Shown here one piece after another: positions 28,119 through 34,788 of a DNA stretch of 35,200 bases; position 1 is the first letter of the stretch; each line of letters starts with the position of its first letter. A program made the position numbers and the translations under genes. The stretch comes from Candidatus Nomurabacteria bacterium (GTDB lineage: Bacteria > Patescibacteriota > Minisyncoccia > Phycocordibacterales > SBAW01), in NCBI GenBank assembly GCA_943355135.1, contig CALREG010000002.1, forward strand, positions 1-35,200. The letters are read 5' to 3'. The notes below the pieces were generated by a model. The model saw only the letters and a list, made by a program, of their open reading frames with translations. It was not told the DNA's origin and did not search any database.

Positions 28119-29067
28119 ATGGGGTTACTGAAAGGCCACTCAATACTTGAGTCGCAGCAGTTTGCTCGACCAGGTGTATTACAAGAGCTCTTCGATCGCA
28201 CTAAGCACTACGAAGTGATGCTCAAAGAAGGGCGTAGGCCGCCTTCGCCCGCCAACTGGCGCGTGGGCACCGCCTTCTACGAAGCGAGTACGCGCACGCG
28301 GTGGTCGTTCGAAGCGGCGGCACTCAACTTGGGCGCCACCTGCATCAGTACCGAAAATGCGGGCGAGTTCTCCTCCTCTTCGAAGGGTGAGCGGCTCGAA
28401 CACTCGATGCGGGTCATCTCGGCGTATGTGGGCATCATCATCCTGCGGCACAAGCAGGACGATGCGGCCGAACGCGCGCGACTACTTGCAGAGCCTCGAC
28501 CGCGACACGCGCATCATCAACGCGGGCTGTGGCAAAGGGCAACACCCAACGCAAGCCGCGCTCGACATCGTCACCATCAACAAAGAGCTCGGCCGCACGC
28601 AAGACCTCCGACTCCTTATTGCTGGAGACCTCGCACGCGGACGAACAGCTCGGAGCCTCGCCTACCTGATGGGCCGACAGCCTGGCGTGTCGATAGACTT
28701 TGTGTCCCCCGCCGAACTGGCGATGGGGCACGACATGCTGGCATATCTCAAGCGCCACAACACGCCCTATCGGCAACTACACTCGCTCGATGATGCTATC
28801 GCCGAGGCCGATGTGGTGTACATGACCCGCGTGCAGAAAGAGCGTCCTCTCGAAGGTGTGAGCCTCTCGCAGTTGGACATCGACTGCTTTAAGCTCACGG
28901 TCAAACGCGCGCAGCGGATGAAGCCCGGCTCGTGCATCATGCACCCGATGCCTATCGTGGACGAGATCGAAGAGGGTGTTGAGCGTATGGTGCACGCGGC
29001 GTACTTTCGTCAGTCGGACAACGGCGTGCCGGTGCGTATGGCGCTGCTCGACATGATGATGTCGTAA
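28119..29067 (+). pseudogene. pyrB: Aspartate carbamoyltransferase catalytic chain, split by a frameshift near 28473-28480
   Basis: Frame A (28119..) carries FYEASTRTRWSFEAAALNLG, SSSKGE and IILRH. Frame B (+1) carries INAGCGKGQHPTQ, GDLARGRTARS, MHPMP and NGVPVRMALL. The switch lies at GAACGCGCGCGAC. SD AGGAGGAAGG sits upstream. Confidence 0.85.
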
Positions 29068-29073
29068 CCTACT

Positions 29074-29104
29074 CCTCCCCCGCAACGGGGAGGTTTTTTA
29101 TTTT
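29074..29104 (+). terminator. Rho-independent terminator after pyrB
   Basis: CCTCCCCCGCAACGGGGAGG followed by TTTTTTATTTT. Confidence 0.7.
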
Positions 29105-29159
29105 AAAAAACGTGGTATGGTATTTGCAGACGTCCACTAACGTATACGGGGAAACAAGC

Positions 29160-29405
29160 ATGAACGCTCACACACAGCATGCGTACGATTTGTCTCGGCC
29201 ACGCTTTCTCAAAATGGTGGGCTGGCTTCTGCTCGCAGCAATTCTCTCAGCCATTGCGGGCATCTATGGCCACAAAATATTTTTTGCAATCACCATAATC
29301 AGCGTGTGGGTCACGTTGATCAGCACCGGAATAGTCGCGTGGGATGCCTATCAAAAGTGGCGCTACCACTATGTGCCCCACACGCGCGAGTACATTCGCG
29401 AATAG
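29160..29405 (+). CDS. Small two-TM membrane protein (81 aa)
   Basis: MNAHTQHAYDLSRPRFLKMVGWLLLAAILSAIAGIYGHKIFFAITIISVWVTLISTGIVAWDAY... An upstream TGGTATGGT -10-like box is present. Confidence 0.5.
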   Translation: MNAHTQHAYDLSRPRFLKMVGWLLLAAILSAIAGIYGHKIFFAITIISVWVTLISTGIVAWDAYQKWRYHYVPHTREYIRE

Positions 29406-29412
29406 CAGCTCT

Positions 29413-29444
29413 ATCCCCTCCTTTGTGGAGGGGATTTTTATTTT
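29413..29444. terminator. Bidirectional terminator between the small ORF and ftsH
   Basis: ATCCCCTCC TTTGT GGAGGGGAT followed by TTTTTATTTT. Confidence 0.7.
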
Positions 29445-29447
29445 CTA

Positions 29448-31406
29448 CTAGAAGTTTACGGTTTGTGGCTCAACCAAAATATCTTCTTTTTTCTTCGGAG
29501 TGATGCCGTGTGCAACCAATATCGCCTCAAACTCCTCACGCTCCATCGTTTCGGTCTCTACCAAGCGCTTGGCAATGGCATTGAGTACCTTGCGGTGCTC
29601 TTTAATAATTGTTTCGGCTTTGTCGTACGCCTCGCTGATTATTTTTTTGACCTCGGCATCTATCTCGGCAGAAATCTTTTCTGAGTAGGCCTTGCCGTCT
29701 ATACCGCCACCAAAGAGTGCACGGCCGCCATCGCCCTCCAAAGCCACCGTACCCATCTTGTCGCTCATGCCGTAGCGCGTGACCATCGTGCGCGCAAGCG
29801 CGGTCAACACCTGCAAGTCATTGCTCGGGCCAGTCGTGATGTCACCAAAGACAGTTTTCTCGGCGATGTAGCCGCCTAGCGACATAGCGATGTCGTCGAG
29901 GAACTCTTTTTTGCTCTGCATCTTTTTGTCCTCAAACGGGAGCTTGAGCGTGTAGCCTGCTGCGCGACCGCGCGAGATGATAGAAATTTTGTGCACAGGG
30001 TCGGCATATGGGAGTACCGACGCAACGAGTGCATGACCTGCTTCGTGATAAGCGGTAATCTCTTTCTCTTTTTTATTAAGCACATGGCTCTTGCGCTCGG
30101 GTCCGAGCATCACCTTTTCTATCGAGCGGATGAGGTCGTACTGGGCAACTGTCTTGCGGTTTTCGCGCGCGGCGAGTATCGCGCCCTCGTTCATCAAACT
30201 AAAGAGGTCTGCACCGCTGAAACCCGGCGTGCGCTCGGCAATGACCTCCAAGTTTACATCTTCGGCCAGTGGCTTTTTGCGCGCATGAATCTTCAAAATT
30301 TCTAAACGATCTGAACGGTCAGGCAAGTCGATGGTGACGCGGCGATCAAAGCGGCCGGGACGTAGAAGTGCTGGATCCAAAACATCAGGACGGTTGGTTG
30401 CGGCCATAACAATCACCTTTTCATTCGGTTCAAAGCCGTCCATCTCGACTAAGATTTGGTTGAGGGTCTGCTCGCGCTCGTCGTTGCCACCACCCACCCC
30501 CGTGCCACGCACGCGACCTACCGCGTCTATTTCATCCACAAAGATTATTGCGGGAGACGCCTTCTTAGCCATCAAAAAGAGGTCGCGCACGCGGGAGGCA
30601 CCCACGCCGACGAACATTTCGACAAACTCCGAGCCCGAGATAGAAAAGAATGGCACCCCTGCCTCCCCTGCTACTGCGCGCGCAAGCAGCGTCTTGCCCG
30701 TACCCGGTGCACCCATAAGCAGAATGCCTTTCGGAATGCGCGCGCCGATGTCCAGAAACTTTTTAGGATTTTTCAGAAAGTCGACTATCTCGAGCAGCTC
30801 TTGCTTGGCTTCTTTTGCACCGGCAACATCTTTAAACGTGACGCGCGACTTCTCATCGTTCGGGTCGGTGATGCGCGGCTTGGACTGTCCGAAGGAGAAT
30901 GCCTGCATACCGGCGCCTTTGACCTGTCGGCTGAGGTACCAAACAAAGAATGCGAGCAGGAGTATCGGCGCAAAGAAGGGTGCGAGCGCAATGAGCCAGA
31001 ATTGGAATCCGCCCTCGCGCTTGATATCGATAGAGGTCTTGGCAAGTGCTTCAGTAGTGACGCCATAATTTTTTAGCGTGTCGGAGAGTGAGGACTCTGG
31101 CTCTTTTTTAGATTTTTTCTCCGTCTTGTCGGCGTAGACAACCTTAAGGTCGTTGCCGTTGACCTCGATGCTCGTGACCGTGCCTGCATTTATATCAGCC
31201 GCAACTTGCGAGAGTGCTACTTCAACCGGCTTTTCCACCCCACCACCGGCAAAGTAGCTGTACGCACCCGCGAGCAAGAGTAGCACCAAGACACTGGTAG
31301 CCAAATTGATCCAGAAGGAGTCTCCTCCACCCGGCATTTGCGGGAGCTGGGGCATACCCGGGCGGCGCTTTTTGGGCGGAACGGGCTTTTGTTTTAAGTC
31401 AGCCAT
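29448..31406 (-). CDS. ftsH: ATP-dependent zinc metalloprotease FtsH
   Basis: Walker A GAPGTGKT, an SRH region, and the zinc motif HEAGHAL. ATG 31406 (MADLKQK) is chosen over the longer ORF. Confidence 0.95.
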   Translation of the reverse strand: MADLKQKPVPPKKRRPGMPQLPQMPGGGDSFWINLATSVLVLLLLAGAYSYFAGGGVEKPVEVALSQVAADINAGTVTSIEVNGNDLKVVYADKTEKKSKKEPESSLSDTLKNYGVTTEALAKTSIDIKREGGFQFWLIALAPFFAPILLLAFFVWYLSRQVKGAGMQAFSFGQSKPRITDPNDEKSRVTFKDVAGAKEAKQELLEIVDFLKNPKKFLDIGARIPKGILLMGAPGTGKTLLARAVAGEAGVPFFSISGSEFVEMFVGVGASRVRDLFLMAKKASPAIIFVDEIDAVGRVRGTGVGGGNDEREQTLNQILVEMDGFEPNEKVIVMAATNRPDVLDPALLRPGRFDRRVTIDLPDRSDRLEILKIHARKKPLAEDVNLEVIAERTPGFSGADLFSLMNEGAILAARENRKTVAQYDLIRSIEKVMLGPERKSHVLNKKEKEITAYHEAGHALVASVLPYADPVHKISIISRGRAAGYTLKLPFEDKKMQSKKEFLDDIAMSLGGYIAEKTVFGDITTGPSNDLQVLTALARTMVTRYGMSDKMGTVALEGDGGRALFGGGIDGKAYSEKISAEIDAEVKKIISEAYDKAETIIKEHRKVLNAIAKRLVETETMEREEFEAILVAHGITPKKKEDILVEPQTVNF

Positions 31407-31523
31407 GAATAAAAACATCATAGCATTACGGGCAATTTTAGACAAAAGAAAAAGTGCAACCCTCTGGTATACTTTTGACAGACTGTTTTTCAAACACATC
31501 GCACACATATCGGGAGAGAACCG

Positions 31524-32087
31524 ATGTACACGCTTGCTCTATGCCTCGTGGCGTTGGTAACGCTCACGATCAACCCTTTCTACGCATCACTCGCCGAGTG
31601 GTGGTTGCATGGCAAGGTTATGCATCAGCCGCTGCTGGGGTTTCAGTACCCTTATGAAGCGCACGATAAGACGCATCACGGCGTATTCAGGGCAGACCAT
31701 ACCTATCTTCTACAAGACAAGGAGAAGGCGTATCTCATCAAGATGGCGTGGTGGAACTGGATGGCTCTGGTGCCACTCGGAACGCTCCCCATTGCACTAC
31801 TGACTACGCCACTTTTGTGGACCGAGTGGTGGGCGGTGATGCCGGTCGTGTGCGCCAGCACCGCAGTCGGCATCTTTGGCTACTACTGCGCGTATGAATA
31901 CCTGCACTGGTGCATGCACGACCCAAAAAATCGGTGGATCGAGCAGACGCGGATGTTCCGCTATCTCAATGAGCACCACCTGCGGCATCACGCCAACCCC
32001 AAGAAGAATCTCAACGTGGTCTTCCCCTTTGCCGACTGGCTGATGGACACGTTGATGATACGGCGGCGTACTTCCGTCGCCGCCTAA
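31524..32087 (+). CDS. Fatty acid hydroxylase / sterol desaturase superfamily membrane protein
   Basis: His boxes HDKTHH, HWCMH and HHLRHH, plus TM helices. SD GGAGAG upstream. Confidence 0.65.
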   Translation: MYTLALCLVALVTLTINPFYASLAEWWLHGKVMHQPLLGFQYPYEAHDKTHHGVFRADHTYLLQDKEKAYLIKMAWWNWMALVPLGTLPIALLTTPLLWTEWWAVMPVVCASTAVGIFGYYCAYEYLHWCMHDPKNRWIEQTRMFRYLNEHHLRHHANPKKNLNVVFPFADWLMDTLMIRRRTSVAA

Positions 32088-32094
32088 ACCCAAA

Positions 32095-32123
32095 GCCGCG
32101 CACCCTGCGCGGCTTTTTTATTT
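32095..32123 (+). terminator. Rho-independent terminator
   Basis: GCCGCGC ACCCT GCGCGGC followed by TTTTTTATTT. Confidence 0.7.
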
Positions 32124-32131
32124 GCTATAGT
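32123..32131 (+). promoter_or_regulatory. Extended -10 TGCTATAGT, 6 nt upstream of ATG 32138
   Basis: TGCTATAGTagccgcATG. Confidence 0.5.
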
Positions 32132-32137
32132 AGCCGC

Positions 32138-32212
32138 ATGTCTCTGATAGAGCACCCCAGTACCACAGCAAAGCTGGCTACGGGGCAGGCAAAAAGGCGA
32201 CAAAAAATATGA
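32138..32212 (+). CDS. 24-codon upstream mini-ORF overlapping the smpB start (ATGA)
   Basis: MSLIEHPSTTAKLATGQAKRRQKI. Its stop TGA (32210-32212) overlaps the smpB ATG (32209-32211). Confidence 0.3.
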   Translation: MSLIEHPSTTAKLATGQAKRRQKI

Positions 32213-32652
32213 GCCTTATTGAACATAAGAAAGCAAGACTAGACTATGAAATTCTCGAAGAGTTCGAGGCGGGTATCGAGCTGCTAGGGCCCGAGGTAAA
32301 GAGCTTGCGCGCCAAGCTCGGCAAGCTGGAGGGCGCTCATATTACCGTGCGTGGTGGCGAGGCATATTTGATAGGCGCCTCTATCCCCCCCTACCAAACG
32401 GGCAATATGCCCAAAGACTATGACGCCACCCGCAATCGCAAACTCCTTATGACCAAGAAGGAAATATTGGCCTTAGGAGCGCACGAATCCCAGAAGGGCT
32501 TGACAATAGTGCCACTTAGGGTGTATAATAAGGGCAAGAATCTCAAACTAGCTCTGGCAGTGGCACGCGGCCGTAAGAAGTACGACAAGCGCGCCGTCCT
32601 AAAAGAGCGAGATTCGAAACGCGACATCGACCGGTCTTTGAAAAATCAATAA
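32209..32652 (+). CDS. smpB: SsrA-binding protein
   Basis: MSLIEHKKARLDYEILEEFEAGIELLGPEVKSLR is a typical SmpB sequence. ssrA lies immediately downstream. Confidence 0.93.
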   Translation: MSLIEHKKARLDYEILEEFEAGIELLGPEVKSLRAKLGKLEGAHITVRGGEAYLIGASIPPYQTGNMPKDYDATRNRKLLMTKKEILALGAHESQKGLTIVPLRVYNKGKNLKLALAVARGRKKYDKRAVLKERDSKRDIDRSLKNQ

Positions 32653-32704
32653 GTGGTAAGCCAGAAATTTTCGAAAAGCGCGGGGTTAGCGTCGTGCGTT
32701 TCTC

Positions 32705-33082
32705 GGGGATGACAGGCTTAGACAATGGACTGACGCGCGCAATGCGCGATGCAGAAGTGAGGCATCTTCTCTAAAATGCTTCAACTCATAACTGCTAAAT
32801 CAGTTACGTCGCAGTACTTTACTGCGAACGACTTCTCTTTCGCCTACGCTAAGGCCTAAGAGGACACCTACCTGCTTCGTTTAGTGAGCGGGGTTCGGGT
32901 GTTATACAGCTAAACTCGGGAGCAGAGGGTCGCTTACTCTTTGTACTTAAAACTCAAAGCTGCTGTCTTGCTTGATTTGGTTTGTTTCATACAAGCTTGA
33001 CCTAAGACAATAAAGCAAACTACGCACCGTAGAAGCGTGTGCCGTTATCCATTGCACGGGGGTTCAAATCCCCCCATCTCCA
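32705..33082 (+). ncRNA. ssrA: tmRNA (378 nt)
   Basis: 5' end GGGGATGACAGGCTTAGACAATGG and 3' tRNA-like end GGGGGTTCAAATCCCCCCATCTCCA. Likely tag frame is GCG AAC GAC TTC TCT TTC GCC TAC GCT AAG GCC TAA (32824-32859), giving ANDFSFAYAKA. No encoded CCA. Confidence 0.88.
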
Positions 33083-33092
33083 CTAAAACTAC

Positions 33093-33130
33093 CAACGCCA
33101 GAGCATGTCTCTGGCGTTGTGTTGTTTTTG
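33093..33130 (+). terminator. Rho-independent terminator after ssrA
   Basis: CAACGCCAGAG CATGT CTCTGGCGTTG followed by TGTTGTTTTT. Confidence 0.7.
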
Positions 33131-33148
33131 GAGAGGCGGGATTTGAAC
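33129..33148 (-). other. Orphan tRNA/tmRNA-like 3' fragment (T-loop + T-stem 3' arm + acceptor 3' arm), inverted relative to ssrA
   Basis: Minus strand GTTCAAATCCCGCCTCTCCA. There is no matching T-stem 5' arm or acceptor 5' arm upstream. Confidence 0.5.
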
Positions 33149-33260
33149 GGGTTTTGCGGGGTTACCCGCGTAGCAACGCGGGTCGCAAAACCGTGGTCAG
33201 GCGGAGAAAGGTTGCGACGGCAACCTTTTGAGCGCTTGACTCGACTCCCTCTGGCTGTTT

Positions 33261-33269
33261 TGCTACGCT
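33261..33269 (+). promoter_or_regulatory. Extended -10-like TGCTACGCT (cassette A)
   Basis: TTTTGCTACGCTAACTGC, 28 nt before ATG 33297. Confidence 0.35.
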
Positions 33270-33296
33270 AACTGCAGATGAACGATGGAGGGGCCC

Positions 33297-33524
33297 ATGG
33301 TAGACGATTTGTCGCCGCAAGTGCGCGCAATATACGAAAAATACAAGCGAGAACATCCCAAAGAAGTCGCTGAGGCACAGCGTAAAGCTCGCGAGGTCGT
33401 CTTCAATTGCATCAGTGTCCTGTACTCCTACGAAGATTCAATGTTGCATGTATTCCAGTGCAAAAAATGCGCGACAGCACTAGGTATCATTACTATCGAC
33501 ATCAAGCTCAGCCCCACAAAATAA
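33297..33524 (+). CDS. Small hypothetical protein (75 aa)
   Basis: MVDDLSPQVRAIYEKYKREHPKEVAEAQRKAREVVFNCISVLYSYEDSMLHVFQCKKCATALGIITIDIKLSPTK. SD GGAGGGG upstream. The ORF is also open from 33285. Confidence 0.5.
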   Translation: MVDDLSPQVRAIYEKYKREHPKEVAEAQRKAREVVFNCISVLYSYEDSMLHVFQCKKCATALGIITIDIKLSPTK

Positions 33525-33544
33525 AAACGTGGGGCTTTTTATTT
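33511..33544 (+). terminator. Rho-independent terminator (cassette A)
   Basis: GCCCCA-loop-TGGGGC followed by TTTTTATTT. Confidence 0.6.
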
Positions 33545-33554
33545 CCTGCCAGTC

Positions 33555-33563
33555 TGCTACTGT
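33555..33563 (+). promoter_or_regulatory. Extended -10 TGCTACTGT (cassette B)
   Basis: Identical 9-mer to the one at 34331-34339. Confidence 0.4.
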
Positions 33564-33686
33564 AAAGCCAGACAGCAGAGGAGCGTAAATGCGCATAGTG
33601 ATGTTCGAAGCAATGCGAACAGCCGTGCAGATGAGCATCGCCAGCTCGTACTGGACACAGCTGCACCAAACCCAGAGGAGCGCCCC

Positions 33687-33959
33687 GTGGCAAAAGCCAC
33701 CACTAAGCGGAAGGGAGAAGAGATTCCCCTGCAGGACAAAGAAAAAGTTCTTGGCCCAGCCAAGCATTGGTATGAGCAGAACAAGGAGCGGCTCCAAAAG
33801 GAGTCGCCCGGCAAGCACCTGACGCTCAACGCCACCGACCTGACCTACGTCATCGGCGACAACCACACGCACGCGCATCGGCTCTACACCGCGCACTACG
33901 GCCCCAGCCCATTACACGGCCGCCCCATGTTCGATATCGACATCAAGCCCCGCACATAG
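33687..33959 (+). CDS. Small hypothetical protein (90 aa, GTG start)
   Basis: SD GAGGAG lies 6 nt before the GTG. G/C-rich third codon positions in this frame. C-terminus is ...PMFDIDIKPRT. A loose DUF5678-like feel is only a guess. Confidence 0.5.
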   Translation: MAKATTKRKGEEIPLQDKEKVLGPAKHWYEQNKERLQKESPGKHLTLNATDLTYVIGDNHTHAHRLYTAHYGPSPLHGRPMFDIDIKPRT

Positions 33960-33975
33960 CGGGGCTTTTTTATTT
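33946..33975 (+). terminator. Rho-independent terminator (cassette B)
   Basis: AGCCCCGC ACATA GCGGGGCT followed by TTTTTTATTT. Confidence 0.65.
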
Positions 33976-34017
33976 CTGAGGTAGTATAGGGCGCAGACAG
34001 AGAACACGGAGGACAGA

Positions 34018-34293
34018 ATGGCCTTCTATCGCGGAGAGATCGCCTTTGTGATGAAGAGTAAAGGCTTCCTGTTTATCACAGAGGCAAGCATCCTAAGGAT
34101 GTCCGACGGCAAGCCTTGCGAGTTGCGACTCAACGGCGACCTATTTTGCCACACGCGAGAGAATCACTCGCTAAAGCTCAAAAAACTCACCAGCGGGCAA
34201 ATACTCACCTTCGACATCTGCGATAGGCAGCGCAACGACGGCTCGCACCGCTTTATCGCCTGCAACGCCGACCTCGAAAAGGTCCTGCTCTGA
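34018..34293 (+). CDS. Divergent cold-shock-domain-like (OB-fold) small protein
   Basis: GEIAFVMKSKGFLFITE matches the GxVKWFNxxKGFGFIT pattern. DLFCHTRE and GQILTFDI align with DVFVHFSA and GQKVSFTI of CspA, from memory. SD GGAGGA. Confidence 0.5.
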   Translation: MAFYRGEIAFVMKSKGFLFITEASILRMSDGKPCELRLNGDLFCHTRENHSLKLKKLTSGQILTFDICDRQRNDGSHRFIACNADLEKVLL

Positions 34294-34318
34294 CACTAGT
34301 GTCAGAGCTTTTTTATTC
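34287..34318 (+). terminator. Rho-independent terminator (cassette C)
   Basis: GCTCTGACAC TA GTGTCAGAGC followed by TTTTTTATT. Confidence 0.65.
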
Positions 34319-34330
34319 CCATTTTGGCTG

Positions 34331-34339
34331 TGCTACTGT
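34331..34339 (+). promoter_or_regulatory. Extended -10 TGCTACTGT (cassette D)
   Basis: GTGCTACTGTAGTAGC, 30 nt before ATG 34369. Confidence 0.4.
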
Positions 34340-34368
34340 AGTAGCGGAAGAGAACCAACGAGGACACT

Positions 34369-34722
34369 ATGACAGCCAAAAATCCACTCCCCGAGCGTCG
34401 CCCCGAGCCCGGCTTTTACTATCACTACAAGCACGACCCGGCTGGACCGATCAACAACTACGCCTACTATATCTACGGCGTGGGGCACCACACCGAGGAT
34501 GACTGCCGGCCGCAGGATGCATTTATGCAGGTGTATCGGCCGCTGTACGAATCGTTCGTCTACAAGAACGGCAAGATGTTCGACCTCCGACCGCTGCATA
34601 TGTTCTACGAGCCGGCCGAGTGGAAGGGTGCACAGGTGCCGCGCTTTACCAAAATTACGGACGAAGCGACCCTCGGCGTGTTGCGCGGTATCAAGCGGCA
34701 GATGTATCCGCCGGAAGACTAG
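34369..34722 (+). CDS. DUF1653-like protein (117 aa)
   Basis: GFYYHYKHD...YYIYGVGHHTED...MQVYRPLY...LRPLHMF resembles the DUF1653 pattern (YrHYKG..Y.v.g.a.hsE...vvY..ly....RP..mF). Confidence 0.55.
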   Translation: MTAKNPLPERRPEPGFYYHYKHDPAGPINNYAYYIYGVGHHTEDDCRPQDAFMQVYRPLYESFVYKNGKMFDLRPLHMFYEPAEWKGAQVPRFTKITDEATLGVLRGIKRQMYPPED

Positions 34723-34727
34723 CCGCT

Positions 34728-34756
34728 GCCCCGCTATGATAGCGGGGCCTTTTTAT
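34728..34756 (+). terminator. Rho-independent terminator (cassette D)
   Basis: GCCCCGCT ATGAT AGCGGGGC followed by CTTTTTAT. Confidence 0.6.
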
Positions 34757-34774
34757 ATTATCTGCTGCCCGATA

Positions 34775-34780
34775 TATACT
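34775..34780 (+). promoter_or_regulatory. -10 box TATACT, 8 nt upstream of ATG 34789
   Basis: GATATATACTcgtgagacATG. The same GATATATACT decamer lies upstream of the malic enzyme gene. Confidence 0.45.
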
Positions 34781-34788
34781 CGTGAGAC

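Noticed and set aside
33129-33250. A complete minus-strand tRNA (possibly long-arm or Sec-like) downstream of ssrA
   Set aside because: Only the 3' 20 nt look tRNA-like. There is no complementary acceptor 5' arm (TGGAGAG or a wobble variant), no T-stem 5' arm, and the candidate anticodon arm would be a 9-bp stem with a 4-nt loop.
33037-33356. ORFs 33037..33231 (+) and 33162..33356 (-)
   Set aside because: The first reads through the tmRNA 3' end and its terminator. The second is antisense to the structured region and the cassette A start. Neither has start-site support.
33250-34760. Integron-style gene cassette array with attC sites
   Set aside because: The hairpins after each ORF are short GC stems followed by T-runs, which are typical terminators seen throughout this window. 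Each ORF has its own promoter and SD. There is no GTTRRRY core site and no integrase.
28119-34760. pyrB and the post-ssrA cassettes as GC-rich foreign islands
   Set aside because: Hand counts per 60 nt gave 48-70% GC in pyrB and 42-67% in the cassettes. Clearly native genes (recG, ftsH, gatA, pilins) gave 42-75%. The ranges overlap, so composition read by eye gives no support.
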